From the human T2T-CHM13v2.0 reference genome, Homo sapiens: a DNA stretch of 64,000 nt. Positions 1 through 14,214 of this stretch are shown here, one piece after another (the first letter of the stretch is position 1; the number at the start of each line of letters is the position of its first letter). Position numbers and translations under genes: made by a program. The notes under the pieces are model-generated. The model was not told the DNA's origin. It was given only the letters and a program-made list of their open reading frames with translations, and ran no database searches. The stretch lies in assembly GCF_009914755.1 (NCBI RefSeq), contig NC_060932.1. One strand, given 5' to 3'.

Positions 1-419
1 TGGTCTTGATAGAGATGTAGATATGCAAATGCAAGATGCTCAGGGAACAACTAGAAGTTACTTTACAGGTGAATATCACCAAGGCATGTAGTCATCAGCC
101 TATCCAAAGTCAACATGAAGAAAAAATCATAAGAGCACCTAAAGAAAAGCATCAAATCATCTATAAAGTAAATGCCGTCAGACTAACAGCAGACTTCTCA
201 GCAGAAATCTTACAGACCAGGAGATTAAAGACCTATTTAAGCCTTCTTAAAACAAAAATACCAGCCCCAAATTTTATATCCTGCCAAATAAAACAGAGAC
301 AAAGTCTTTCAAAGACAAGCAAATGCTAAGGAAATTTGTCACCACTAGACCAGCCCTGCAAGAAATGCTCAAAGAAGTTCTAAACATGGAAACAAAAGAA
401 TCATACCATTATAAAAACA

Positions 420-1465
420 CATGCAAGTGGCCAAGAAATATATAAAAAAAACTGCTCAGCATCAGTAATCATAAGAGAAATCCAAATCAAAACCAAATAA
501 GATACTGTCACACCAGTCAGAATGGCTATTATCAAAAAGTCAAAAAAAACAACAGATGCTGGTGAGGCTGTGGAGAAAAGAGAATATTTATGCACTGTTG
601 GTGGGGAAAGCAGTTTTGTAATATCTCAAGGAACTTAAAACAGATCAACCATTAGACCCAGCAATCCTATTACTGGGAATATGCTCAAAAGAAAATAAAT
701 CAATAAACCAAAAGACACATGCACTTGCATGTTTATTACTGTGCTATTTACAACAACAAAGGCATGGAAAGTCAACCCAGCTGCCCCTCAACAGTAGATT
801 GGACAAAGAAAATGTGATACATATACACCATAGAATACTACACAGCCAAAAGAAGAATAAAATCATGTTCTTTTAAGCAACATGGATAAAGCTGGAGGCT
901 ATAATCCTAACCAAATTAACACAGAAACAGAAAATACTACATGTTCTCACTTATAAGTGGAAGCTAAATATTCAGCACACTGAGACATAAACATGGGAAC
1001 AACAGACACTGTAAACTACTAGATTGGGGAGGAAGAAAGGGGGGTATGGGTTGATAAACTACCTACTGCATAATATTCTTACTAACTGGGTACAATATAC
1101 CCTTGCAGCAATCAATCACATGTATCTCTGCATCAAAAATAATTGTTAGCCAGGCATGGTGGCTCACACCTGTAATTCCAGCACTCTGCAAGGCCAAGGT
1201 GAGTGGAACACTTGAGGTCAGGAGTTTGAGACCAGCCTGGCCAACATGGTGAAACCCCATCTCTATTAAAAATAGAAAAAATAAGGTGGGTGTGACAGCA
1301 TGGGCCTGTAATCCCAGCTACTCAGGAGGTTGAGACAGGAGAATCACTTGAACCTGGGAGGTAGAGGTTGTAGTGAGCTGAGACTGCACCACTGCACACC
1401 AGCCTAGGTGACACAGCAAGATCCTGTCTCAAAATAAATAAACAAATAATCATTAAAGTTAAAAA
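420..1465 (+). mobile_element. Nested old L1 3' end, with an Alu near its tail
   Basis: L1 3' motifs (cacaccagtcagaatggctattatc, ttctcacttataagtgg); the host L1 resumes at about 1470. Confidence 0.75.
1148..1449 (+). mobile_element. Alu (J/S-age)
   Basis: Dimeric Alu sequence with an A-rich tail. Confidence 0.95.
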
Positions 1466-2744
1466 ATATATACAAATACAAACCTCACAGATCTTATGAA
1501 GCAATCACAATTGAGACTCCAAAGAAACTAGATAACAATATTATGACAGGAATAAAATTTCATATATCAATATAAACCTTTAATGTACATGGCCTAAGTG
1601 CTCCACTTAAGAGATAGAGAATGGCAAATTGAATTTAAGACAACAAGATTCAGCCATTTGCTGCCAAGAGGAAACCCACCTAATGAATCAACACACTCAG
1701 ACTCAAAGTTAAGTGGTGGATAAAGGTGTACCATGCAAACAGAAAACAAAAATGAGCAGGAGCAATTGTACTTTTATCAGATAATACAGACATTAAATTA
1801 ACAACAACAAAAAAAGAGGTTATTATATAAAGAATTCAATTTAACAAGAAGATATAACTATTCTTAAAATACATACACCCCAAACTGGAAACCAAGGTTC
1901 ATTAACCAAATATGAGTAGACTGAATGAAAGACACAGACAGCAATATAGTAATAGCAGGGTGCTTCAACACCCCACTGACAGCAGTAGACAAATCATCAA
2001 GGATAAAAATCCACAATGAAACTCTGAACTTAAAATGATCTTTACACCAAATGGATCAAATAGACACCTACAGAACAGAACATCCTACTCAACAACTACA
2101 AAATGTATATTTTTCTCATCTGCACATGGAACATTCTCAAAAATACTCCATATGTTTTACCATAAGAAAGTCTCAATAAATGTAAAAAGATCAAAATAAT
2201 ATCAAGTATCTTCTCAGACCACGGTAATCCTATTGTAATTTTGAATAAAATTAGAAATCAATACCAAGAGGAAATCTCAAAACTACACAAATACATGGAA
2301 ACTAAACACTGTTCTTGAATGATCTTCGGGTAAACCAAAAAATTAATGCAGAAATCAAAAAATTTTTGAAAAGAATAAAAATAGAGACAAAAAAATACCC
2401 AAACCTCTGGGATACAACAAAAGGAATGCTAATATGAATGTTTACAGCATTAATTATGTCAAAATGACAGAAATAGCTCAAAATAACGACCCATGTCACA
2501 CCTCAAGGAACTAGAGAAATAAAAACAAACCAAACCCAAGGCCAGCATAACAACAAAAAATGCAAACATCGCAGCCCAAGGAAAAGAGACTGAAATGAAA
2601 AAAGATACAAAGGATCAACAAAATGAAAAGTTGGCTCTTTGAACAAACAAAATTAACAAACTGGTAGCTAGGTCAAACAAAAAAAAGCAAAAACATTCAA
2701 ATAAGCACAATCAAAAAGAGTAAAGTTGACATTTCAACTGATAC

Positions 2745-3336
2745 TGACATGGCTCTGTTGTTTGGGGAAACACCCAGGGTCCTTGGTCTTGTACAAAGAA
2801 AATTAGTGACATGGACACATGTGGAGTGGATTAAGGAGCAGAAAGTTTAATAGGCAAGAAAGAAGAGAACAGCTCCCCCATACAGATGGAGGGAAAGCAG
2901 TTGCTTATATTGGGAGATTCAAGGAGGTGATGTCTGATTTGCATAGGGTCCAGGGGATTGGTTTGACCAGGTATGTCATTCGCATAACCTGCAATAAAAC
3001 TGGCCTTTTATTATGCAAATTCAGCCATCTAGCTGATTGCCATGACACCTGTACAGGTGGCCTCTACCTGACTCCCCACCATGATGTCCGTACATGTGGC
3101 AACAAAGAAAAAGTAGTGGGAACCACCATATTGGGTGGACCTGGCTCTTAGCTACCTGCATTTACATATGCAAACCTGTAGCTTGCATATCAATGCTTGC
3201 AACTATGGTTTTTCAGGCCACTTTATTTTAAAAAAGAAATGTTTGGGGGGCTGCTTTTTTATTAAAAGATAAAGCCTTACTGAGGACTCTTTTACCCTTT
3301 CTGGCTGCCTAAAATAATTTAATAACTCCTGTAATA
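2745..3336 (-). mobile_element. Solo ERV1-class LTR inserted in the L1
   Basis: Starts with TG; 4-bp TSD ATAC at 2741-44 and 3337-40; the L1 is continuous across it. Family and strand are tentative. Confidence 0.75.
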
Positions 3337-3644
3337 ATACCAAAAAAATACAAAAGATTATTAGAGACTACTATGAGCATATGCTCAAAAACTAGAGAAT
3401 CTACAGAACATAAATTCCTGGATACATACAACCTCAGAAGACTGAAACAGGAAACTATAAAATTCCTGAGCAGACAAATAATAGGTAATTAATTTGACAC
3501 AGTAATTTAGAATATCTCCCAACTAGAAAGAGCCCAGGGCCATACAGATTCACAGCTGAATGTTACCAGACATAAGTAAAACAGCACATCAAAAAGGTAA
3601 TACATCACATACAAGTGGGTTTTATTCAAAGGATGCAAGGATGG

Positions 3645-3707
3645 TTCAACATAAGGAAATCAACAAATGTAATTCAACATAAGGAAATCAACAAATGTAA
3701 TTCAACA
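3645..3707. repeat. Exact 28-bp tandem duplication
   Basis: ttcaacataaggaaatcaacaaatgtaa x2, plus ttcaaca. Confidence 0.95.
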
Positions 3708-5394
3708 CAAACAGAACTATGAAGAAAAACCCTATGATCATCTCAACAGATGCAGAAAAAGTATTGGATAAAATCCAATATCCCCTCATGATAAAAAAAA
3801 TTCCTCAACAAATGAGGCATTGAAGGAACATTCCTCAAAATAAAAAAAGTCATGTATGCTAAATCCACAGCCTACATCATACAGAACGGGCAAAAGTTGA
3901 AAGTATTCTCCCTAAGAACTGGAACACAACATGGATACCCAATTTTATCACCTATATTCAAGATACTACTTGAAGTCCTAGACTGAGCAAGTAAGCAAGA
4001 GAAAGAAATGAAAGGCATCCAAACTGGAAAAGAGAAAGTCAGATGATCTCTGTTTGCTTATTGATCTTATACCTGGTAAACCCTAAAGACTCGTACAAGA
4101 AACTTCTAGACTTTATAAATGACTTCAGTAATGTTTCAGGATACAAAATCAATGTGCAAAAAGCAGTATCATTTCTAAACACCAATAATGTTCAAGGTGA
4201 AAACCCAATCAAGAACTCAATCCTATTTACAATAGTCACACAAACATGAAATACCTAGATGTTCATTTTAGTCAAGGAGGTAGAAGACCTGTGTTAGGAA
4301 AACTACACTCTGAGTAAAGACAAAACACTGATGAAAGAAATCATAGATGAAACAAACATATAAAAAAATCCTATAACCACGTATTTGGTAGAATCAATGT
4401 CTTTTAAATGACCATACTGCCCAAGGAAATAAAACAAATTCAATGCATTCTGGTCAAACTATTACCATCATTTTTCAAGGAATTAGTAAAACAATTCTAA
4501 GATTCACATAGAACAAAAAAAGCCCAAACAGCCAAAGCAATTCTAAGCAAAAGTAACACAGTTGGAAGCATCATATTACCTGACTTCATATTATACTATA
4601 AGACTGTAATAACCAAAACAGCATGATGACGGTACAGAATTATACCAACTGGCTAATGGAACAGAACAGGACCCTTACACCTACAACCACGTAATCTTCA
4701 ACACGGTCAACAAAAATACACAATGAGGAAAAAACAACCTATTCAATAAATTGTCCTAAAAAAATTAAACAGCCACGAGTAGAAGAATAAAACAGGACCC
4801 CTATCACTCACCATATATAAAAATTAACAGAAAATGGATTAAAGACTTAAATTTAAGACTGGAAACTATAAAAACTCTAGAATAAAAGCCAAAAAAACCT
4901 CTTCTGGACACTGGTCTTTGCAAAGAATTTATAACTAAGTCAATGCAACAAAAGCAAAAAATACACAAATCAGATTATATTAAACCAAAGAGCTTCTGCA
5001 CAGCAAAAGAAATAATCAACAGAGCAAACAGACTACCTAAAGAATGGGAGAATATACTTGCAAATTATGCATTTGACAAAGTAGTAATATCCAAAATCTA
5101 TAAGGAACTCAAGCAACTCAACAACAACAAAAAACATTAAAAAGCAAACAAAGGATGTAATAAGATATTTATCAAAAGAAAACATACAAGTGGCCAGCAA
5201 GCTTACGAAAAGATGCTCATCACTAATCATCAGAGAAGTGCAAATTCAAGCTGCAGTGAGATACCATCTCACACCAGTCAGAATGGCTACTATTAAAAAG
5301 TAAAAAAAAAAAAAAAGAAAGAAAGAAAGAAAAGAAAAAGAAAAAAGTGAATGCATATACAATGTAAATTAGTACAACCTAGTTGGAATAAACT

Positions 5395-5920
5395 TCAGTT
5401 AAGGGGGAAGGTTGCAGAAGCCAAGGTTCTTGTCATGTAGATGAAGCCTCTAGATAGCAGGTTTCAGAAAGAATATATGTGAATGTTCTCATCATAGGTG
5501 TCAGACTTTCAGGAGAGGACAAGTAAGGGAGGGAGATTCTTTACAGAATGTGCATTTTATCAAGAGACAGATTTGCAGGCCCATTTCAAAATATGTCAAA
5601 AAATATATTTTGAGGTAAAATACTTTGATTTTCTTTTAAGGCATACTTTGATTTTCTTTTAAGTCCTGTTATTTGTCATGTGAAGTTATGCCACAGTCAG
5701 GTTGGAGTTGGTCTTCTTGTTACAAAGAGGCTGTTTTGTCAGTTATAATTATAATGTTAATGCTGTTCACTTGTGCCTCAACTCCAAGGATAAAAGTGTA
5801 CAATGAGACATGTCTGACCCCACTTACCATCATGGCCTGAACTAGTTTTTCAGGTTTGTTTGGTCCTCCTTGACTGAGAAATCTAGTAGTTGGGGGACTT
5901 AGAATTTTATTTGTGCTTTA
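5395..5920 (-). mobile_element. MER4-group LTR (3' LTR of a minus-strand ERV1 remnant, partial)
   Basis: Minus strand starts TGTAAAGCACAAATAAAATTCTAAGTCCCCC, preceded by a purine-rich tract. Confidence 0.7.
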
Positions 5921-5973
5921 CATCCTGCTCTTTCTGGCAAACGTTTGCAAGGCAACATCAATAATGAAACTTT

Positions 5974-6276
5974 GGCTGGGCTTGGTGACTCATGTCAGTA
6001 ATCCCAGCACTTCAGGAGACTGAGGTGGGCGGATCACTTGAGGCCAGGAGTTCAAAACCAGCCTGACCAACATGACGAAACCCCATCTCTACAAAAAAAT
6101 GCAAAAATTAGCCAGGTGTGGTGGTGCATGCCTGTAATCCCAGCTGCTTGGGAGGCTGAGGCAAAAGAATCATTTGAACCCAGGAGGCAGAGTTTGCAGT
6201 GATCTGAGATCATGCCACTGCACTCCAGCCTAACCAACAGACTAAGACTCTGTCTCAAAAAAAAAAAAAAAAAAAA
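5974..6276 (+). mobile_element. AluS
   Basis: Full dimer with poly(A) and a partial TSD (aaacttt). Confidence 0.95.
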
Positions 6277-6401
6277 GTCAAACTTTAATTTTTTCCCTGT
6301 TGCAAGAGTGGTGAACCTACCTGCCCTGGATTCTGTTCCTTGACGGGGCCCCTATGGCCAACAGACTTAAAGCCAAAAGACTTACAGCCAATTTAAATGT
6401 T

Positions 6402-7152
6402 TGAGGACTAAACTCTGGTTTTTTTTTTTTATCTTGCCCACGTTCCTATCTAAGGGGTCTGGAGAGCCATGCCCTACAAATCATAAATTCTCATCAGAAG
6501 GGTTTTATTTAACCCTATATATCATGACATATTTTCCAACCTGCCTCTGGCATAACATTATGAGACAAGGAAGAAAATCAAAATATTTTACCCCAAAACA
6601 TGTTTATTTGCCATATCTTGAAATGGCCCTACAAAGCTGTTATTTGTGGGGGAGAATTTGCATCTGTAAACAATCTCCATTATCATAGCTGGAATTTTTT
6701 CTTCAAGACCCTCCCAATCCTAAAGAGATGTAACTAAAATCTGAATCGGAAACATTTGTCATCTACTGTCTCTAAGGGCAGCCACTATAACACTTCAAAA
6801 GAACTTGGATCTCCACAATTTTTACCTTAACCAGAACATTCCCTTTCTATGAATCCAAGATCTTTAAACAAACTCAACCAATTATCAACCAGAAAATTTT
6901 TAATTCACCTATAGCCTGGAAGCCCCCCCACTTTGAGTTGTCCTGCCTCTCTAGACCAAACCAATGTATTTCTTAAATGTATTTGATGTCTCATGCCTCT
7001 CTAAAATGTATAAAACCAAGCTGCACCCCGACCACCTTGGGCATATGTTCTCAGGACCTTCTACAGGCTGCATCATGGGCCATGGTCGCTCAAATTTGTC
7101 TCAGAATAAATCTCTTCAAATATTTTACAAAGTTTGACTCTTTTCTTTGACA
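6402..7152 (+). mobile_element. Solo MER4-family LTR
   Basis: TGAGGACTAA...TTGACA termini, AATAAA near 7105, 4-bp TSD tgtt/tatt. Confidence 0.8.
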
Positions 7153-7656
7153 TATTCTAGGCCAGACAGGAATAGGGGTGGGCAGGCATTCTTCAACTCT
7201 TAAAAATTTTAAAGCAACATAAAAGCCAAAAACCAAAAGCCAAAGATAACAAAATTGACTTGTATAACTTTGTTAAATCAGGTTTAGCCTAAAGCTGCCT
7301 CTTTACATATTTTAAGTTCAGCCTAAAGGCTTCCCTGTATAACAAGTGGACATGTAAACAGACCACAGCCTACACTTGTGCCAACAACAGACTATTGGCC
7401 ATATACAGCCAACCGTTCAAACTCTGTTCAAATAAGGCAAATTCCTAGCTGTAACCAATCCAGCTGTTTCTATACCTCACTACTATATTTTTTATGTAAC
7501 TTCCCTTTTTATGTACATAAATCTTCTTCCACCATGTTGGCTGCACTGGAGTCCCTGAGCTTACTCTGGCTCAGGAGGCTGCTTGACTCATGAATCTTTT
7601 ATTCCTCAATTAAACTCTTTTAAATTTAATTTGGCTAAAGTTTTTCTTTTAACAGA

Positions 7657-7674
7657 TGGCATCAGAAGTGGGAT
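7657..7674 (+). promoter_or_regulatory. Primer binding site, tRNA-Leu type
   Basis: TGGCATCAGAAGTGGGAT lies 2 nt after the LTR end and is a near complement of the tRNA-Leu(CAA) 3' end. Confidence 0.75.
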
Positions 7675-9107
7675 CTGAAGCAGAGCTTCTAATGACTCCC
7701 AGGAGTGCTGAGTGACCAAGCAAGGTACCTGCCGGGCCCACAGTGCCCACTGCTTTCTCGCAGCAACTGGGGATCATGGAAAGTTCTCAGATTTTGAAGT
7801 TCCACGGATTTGTGTTTTGAGCGCTCCAAGTTTCTTTGAGCAAATTTCTGATCCAAACTGGGTTTGGAAGTCGTGACCAAAACTGGACTGGGTCAAGGAT
7901 AGAATATGGTAATTAACTGTCTTGGATCCAGTTAGAGGCCTCTTACATCTGACGGGGTCAAAAAGAACCCAGGTAAATGGCAATATTGCAGGGGGCATAA
8001 AATTTGGCTTTTGGAAATTTGCAGGGATTTTTGTGTTCTACTCCTTTGTTTCATTTTTCTTGTGCACTTAGGTAGGAAAAAAATCACTGGCTAAGCTGAT
8101 CAAGGGAACCTGATGGCAAAGCCAATATTTGTGGTAAAAATGGCATCCTTAATTTCTGAAGAATTGAGTTCCGGCTTACACACGCATAAGTATTAAGCCC
8201 CGGAAGCAGCAAAGTCTTACAGAAATGGCAAAATCTTAACTAAAGATAACTTACAGTGGAACATTTTAAATGAACAACACTGCACTGAAGTGATTTGAAA
8301 ATAAGGGTTCTTACATCAGTCTCATTGAAGGATGTCTATTGATGTGCAAAAGCTTCTAAAAATACTTCAGTATTTTAAAGACTTTACAGAAAAACAAACA
8401 GCTTAAAAGACTGATTAAAGAAATTAAATCTGCCTTGCACTCTGCTGATGGCTGTGGATGACAGGATTCGGCATGTAAAGGATCATGGGACATGGGGAAC
8501 TGTTTTTCTCCTGAAATAGGGAAACGAGAGCTGATGGTACTCCTAAAAAAGATCCCTTCACGACTGATAAGCAGCCCCCTGAACTTTAATTCACTGTTAC
8601 TGCAATGGGTAGGTCCTTCTCTGGCCTCCCTGAGCTCTTTGCCTTCCCCACCCCGCCACAGACAATATTTTTCTCTTTTCCCTTTTCTAGCTTTTCTGTT
8701 ACTCAGGGCAACTGTCTGCTCTTTCATCTTGCCCAGAGTCCACATATTGAAATTCCTGGTTGGAAGCTCATTCCATCTCACTTTCAGTGGATGACAGGGC
8801 CCAACCTGAGGCAAGTCTGACCCTTGCCGGTTCGATATTGGGCACTAAGCAGAGTTTTGTCACATGTATTTTGCATTGGCCAGAATAGAAAATGTTAATT
8901 TGGTTACCCCATGCAACCTCTTGTAAGCATCTTGCAAAACTGAAAGGCTTTTGCCTATGGTTTTAAGAAACAGAAATAGGTTTTATGAAATAGAAAAAGG
9001 TAATTTTCCTTTGTAATGTGGCTTGGCCAAGGCTATGGGCAGCAAGCAGGGTTGCGAAGATCACTAAGGGAAAGGGAACCTAGAAGCTTGACATGCCTCC
9101 AAAAGGG

Positions 9108-9151
9108 TCAGACTTCTTGCCTCAGACTTCTTGCCTCAGACTTCTTGCCTC
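9108..9151. repeat. 14-bp tandem triplication
   Basis: tcagacttcttgcc x3, exact. Confidence 0.95.
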
Positions 9152-12100
9152 TCTCTGTGGAAACTAGCTGTAGAAATGGTAAAAATCACTATCTCCTCTG
9201 CAAAGTTTTCATTAATGAAAAAAAGGATTTGTGAGACTAGTCTTAAACTGTAGCAAATCTGGTGTACTTTGTGCCATGAACTGGGATCATTTTGTCATAA
9301 AAATGGGTACTACAGGATAGAATGCAGGCCTAGGGCCCCCATAAGCTCACTGTTCAAGCCAGTCCAGTAAACTGGTCAATTACAAACTTTGCTGCAGGTG
9401 TCTGAAACATTAAAAAAAAAAAAATGGATGGGGATTCCCTCTCATCTAGTTTTATGTCCTTGGGAGCTTGTTACCAAATGGTAGTACTTTCTCTTGGTCT
9501 CCACCATCTGGAGGACAGGAATTGTGGAGTTCATGTCATAGTACTAAAAATTATCTTGAGCAGTTAAAAGCCTTTGCAAGTTCAAAACTGGCTGCTCTAG
9601 GCTCCTTCTGTGAAGAGCAATGGAAATTACCTAATGCTATAGCTTAGTGGCTAAGACTTTGCCTTTTTACAGTGGCAGCCTGGTTTCAATTCTTGGCTCA
9701 GAGAATGAGTCCTTTCTGGTTTGATATCTGTGTGATCTTTGCCATTTATTCTCTTTCCCTCCATGAACAACTTCCGACATCCATCTTGAATTTTTCCTTC
9801 TCTGGGCTACCTGTGGAGAGTCTAGATTTTGTAAAAATTGCTTACTACCGCTTTGAAAATACCACAGACACTCGTGGTTAAGTCATAACCTTAGTTAAGG
9901 CTTATTGGTTTCACCTGGGAGATTACTTTTGTAATAGTTAAAAAGCCAGAAATATTGGCTGTTTGACCTAGCTTAAGTCAGGTTAATATGAGTTTAAAAT
10001 GGCTTTTTTTTTAAAGTGCACTATAGGTAAAAGCCAGCTTAATTAAAATAGAATATCCAAGATATAGGTATATTTAAGTCCTTTTTTATTTTTTCTCTTC
10101 TTCGATCTTATTTTTCCATTAAAAAAAAAGGAAAAAAAAGGTATTTTCTTTTCAGTTAACTTAATTGTTTTTCTCCATTTTGTCTTCTTGCTTTTCTTGA
10201 TGCACACACGAGGTTAACTGTGCATGCATCAGTTACTAAGATAACTTCTAACAGCCTGGAACTCCTTGGGAAAAACAGAGGAGGCACCACAGACCTGGTT
10301 TTGGGAAAAACCTCTGTTTTCCTCACGAAACCCCAGGAATTGAAAGCAGATAGATTCCTCACAAAATCTAAGGCTATATTTTTGGGGATGGCAAATGGCA
10401 GTTATGGGGGGGGGATACTCAGCTCTTTGCACGTTTCAATCAGAGAAACATGTTCTTGGTCACCTAGAAAGTATGGAAATGTCCTCACTCCCCACTGAGA
10501 AATAAGGCTCCCATAAGGGATGGGCTGATCACAAAATGAACTAATTGGTTTTGGATTGCTCTGCACCAAATACATGGTAAGGATCATTGCACTGTCTTGT
10601 TCCAGATCATTTCTTTTTTGGGGATCCAGTATAAACTGGGACCCTAAATTTTGGGGGATCTGTTTTGCCTTTCAGCTGTGCCTGTTTATTAGGTCCTAAA
10701 AACCGCATATTTTCCTAGCCCTCTTCCACAAAGGACTCCATCCTGAAGCCAGTAATCCAATTAAGACAAAACTGACAAAAACTGGCAAATGAAAAAATCT
10801 TACAACTACTGGATCTACTTCTGTCTGTATTTTTATATGTTGTGTGTGATGTTTATAAATGAAAAAGCTCTAATTGGTTTAAAAATCAATGAGTGCTTAA
10901 ATCAAATATTTTTTTCAGAAAAATAAAAACTGTTATGCCTTTTAGTTCATCTGACTTTAGTAAACTTTGGGAAATAAAGACAGTTTTAAAGTTTATTGGT
11001 AAAATAAAGGCATTTGGTCTAAATTAGGCAGGTCAGATATTAGATTTATAAAATGCTTTAAATAAACTGCTTCTTTGACTTCTAAAATTTGTTCAACTTA
11101 CCTGTTTTGGAGCCACCAGGAAAGGCCTGGGGACATGTGGAATTAGCCATGCCCCCTGGCTATGCTTGAAAGAGTCAGACTTTATCTGCACTTCTGATGT
11201 CCTAGGCTCCAGACCTAGTACATAATTAAAATCAGTTACTTGCCAGGTTTTTCAACAAAAATAAAAATTGCTAAGAGTTAACACTGTAACATGTAATTGA
11301 GACTACTGAAAAAGATTTCACATGGAAGCTGTGTGAGCAAAGTGAAATGTGCTTTTAGTAAAAGATTATAAGAAGGCATTGGAATGTAAATTTTTGCCTA
11401 GTTTAGAGGGTTAAAGGATTGTTTTAATTTAGATAGGATAAAGCTAAAGGTTTGAACAAGTTGTGGAAGATTTCTGAAAAATTAATCTTGTAAAAGAAAC
11501 TGTGTGTGTGAACATATTGGCTAAATTTAAAGTAGCATTATTCAGTTTTTCCATAAATTGAACATTGGAATAAAAGCACAAAAGGGTTTTATTAGAGCAC
11601 TGAACTGCTTTTTAATACAAATTTGTAAAAGGTTATCAAAAGTTTATGAGAATCTCACCTTATGGTCAAAATGATAAAGACTGAATTTGTCTATAAGGTT
11701 TTATTAAAAATTGGGGTTGACATTAATAGTACATTAACGCAAAGATGAAATTTGGCATTCTCTCTTGAATAAGATTTTCATGTAATATTACAGGATAATA
11801 AAAGTTTTGTTTCCCCTCCAAATAAACTACAGAAAAAGAAGAGAAAGACACAGATTATTTGAAAAGCTAAGTCTTCTATCAATGAGTCAAATTTTTACCT
11901 TTAAAAATTTTTTGAGTTATTTTGGCTAAATGACTTATTGTGACCTCGAAGTCCATTTTATAATATCAAGTGTTTTAAACCTTTAATATATTTGATAGCC
12001 TTCCCAAAATCAAATTTCAGCTTCAAAATTAAGTCTTTTTTGACTTCTAACTTTGGGATGCTACAGAGGCCCCTGAAGCATCCAAAAGATGGGTAAACAG

Positions 12101-12521
12101 GATTATATGACATGTTAAGTTACATGGGAATCACTGTCAAAATAAGAAATGTCTAACCTTCTTCAGGTTATATTCTAATGAATGTTAAACTATGTTACAA
12201 CATTGTATGGGATTTCTAAAATTCTAATATGTCTAAATACATGCTATCAATCATAATTACAGTTATAATAAATTGTAGACCACAGAAATAACCAAATTTA
12301 CTTGTCAATTGTGTAACTATGACTATTTTAACGTCATTTCCACAGTTAACTGCTTAATACTGATGCAGTTTCTGAAAACTTCACAAGCACAAAATATCCT
12401 AGAATATGGTGTCTTTTAGGTTCCTGAAAGGATGGGAAGGACCACGAAAAGAGCTCTTGAATACAGGTTTCTGGAAACTTTAGAATCATATCATTTGGAT
12501 GTGTAAGAATTCCTGAAACTT

Positions 12522-12826
12522 GGCAAAATGTGGTGGCTCACACCTGTAATCCCAGCTCTTTGGGAGGCCGAGGCAGGCAGATCACAAGGTCAGGAGTTTG
12601 GGACCAGCCTGGCCAACATGGTGAAACTCCGTCTCTACTAAAAATACAAAAAAAAAAAAAAAAAAAAAAATTAGCCAGGCGTGGTGGCAGGGACCTGTAA
12701 TCCCAACTACTTGAGAGGCTGAGGCAGGAAAATTGCTTGGAGATTGCAGTGAGCCAAGACTGTGCCACTGCACTCCAGCCTGGGCAACAGAGCGAGACTC
12801 CATCTCAAAAAAAAAAAAAAAAAAAA
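12522..12826 (+). mobile_element. AluS (Sg-like) with a small right-arm deletion
   Basis: TSD aagaattcctgaaactt / aagaattcttgtaactt; expanded middle A-tract. Confidence 0.95.
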
Positions 12827-13886
12827 AGAATTCTTGTAACTTTAATGAAAAGACTTACTTGTTTTTAAAACTCCTACTCACGAAGAACAAAAATTAATTG
12901 AATAACAAGAAAACACTTTGTCAGAACTTCATGCTAAATAAGCCAATACTGAAATTGTTTAGATATACAATTCAATGAATTCCATGTTCTAAGTCAAATT
13001 ACCTATGAAAACCCATCTGTTATTAGTGCTATGAACCTAAATTGGAGAAACAACTGGTATTCAAGAGGGCATAAGTTCAATGTTAAGCATGGACTCATGG
13101 AGAACAGGACAGCTGCCTTGTCCTTCCTGAGTCCATCCATAAAACTTTCATTATTAAAATTTCTGCATTCCATGACTCATCATAGAAAAGATAAAATAAT
13201 CCAAGTTAAATATATATTGGCGTGGTGAATTCTAAATTGCTAAAATAGTTTATGACCAATGTTTGTTTGTCAAACTCATATTCCTGGAAAGACAATCAAA
13301 GCTTCAGATACATTCCACTACCTGATAGGCCATTTCAACATTTATAAAGGGATTTCATTGAATTATCATTTTCAATGCATGTTTTCTGGTTGTATAAAAG
13401 CTGTCCCATGAAAAAGACCTGATGTTATAACAGTAGATTATTATGTCACACTGTATTTTCACCACATAAAAGAAAGCTTTTTATGATTCACTGACTGAGA
13501 ATAATCAACACCCCTTCACAATCTGGAGCCTGAAGATTGGATCTTCTGAGAACATCAGAGAAAGACTGCCTTTAACATCCACACTGCAGCAAAGCACCAC
13601 AAAGAAGGGTCCCTCCACAGTCTTGGAACTGTACACCCACTGGAACCCTTAAAGTAAAGCTAACCAGAGAAGTTTCTCCCAGAAGATGGCATACTTGATG
13701 TGAACACCTTTTCCCAAGATCACAGATCAAGACTATTCTATCATGAGACTCTGAATATTTTTGCCCTTGCTAATGCCTCTATAAACAATAGACATGAAAA
13801 GGGGGATCTGTTGTGCACACTCATGGGGTATACTTTTATCTGTGAAAGATTTTGTAGCCAGTCTTATATATATATAAAACCTTAAA

Positions 13887-14094
13887 CCTTGGGAGCTTGT
13901 TTGGAGGTTCTAGCAGAGGACTGCAGCTACTCATATACCCTTGACCAAAAAATGGTCCTCCTATGCAGCTTCAAAAGGGATGCACATGGAGTAGTGAGAG
14001 AGGAAGGGGACACCTGCCTAGCTAGCCAAATCAGCCAAATCAAACCTGGAGATCAATGAGGTAAGAGATGTCAGAGCCATATCGCCCTCACATC
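13887..14094 (-). pseudogene. 7SK snRNA retropseudogene, 3'-truncated with an internal deletion
   Basis: Minus strand reads GATGTGAGGGCGATATGGCTCTGACATC...GGTCAAGGGTATATGAGTAGCTGC..CTGCTAGAACCTCCAAACAAGCTCCCAAGG, matching the recalled 5' ~245 nt of RN7SK. Confidence 0.93.
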
Positions 14095-14214
14095 TGGATA
14101 ACTTTATACCTTGATGGATGGAAGATGAAGGCCAAATGTGAGAAATTTTAATGGTACATATGTTGCCTCATAATCAGTTGGAAACAGACATTTATTCACT
14201 CCTCTTAACCTACA

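Larger units (their letters stand above)
60..5390 (+). mobile_element. Old degraded L1 (L1PB/L1MA-age; ORF1 end, ORF2) with nested insertions
   Basis: ORF1 motif VRLTADFSAEILQ and ORF2 fragments such as SGYKINVQK and KSFCTAKE; many stops. Confidence 0.85.

Noticed and set aside
8356-8820. Overlapping ORFs including MGNCFS.. (possible myristoylated gag start)
   Set aside because: They are short, lack capsid or zinc-knuckle motifs and lie in ERV leader sequence.
13887-14094. Functional 7SK gene
   Set aside because: It is truncated, diverged and internally deleted, with no upstream PSE/TATA context or terminator.
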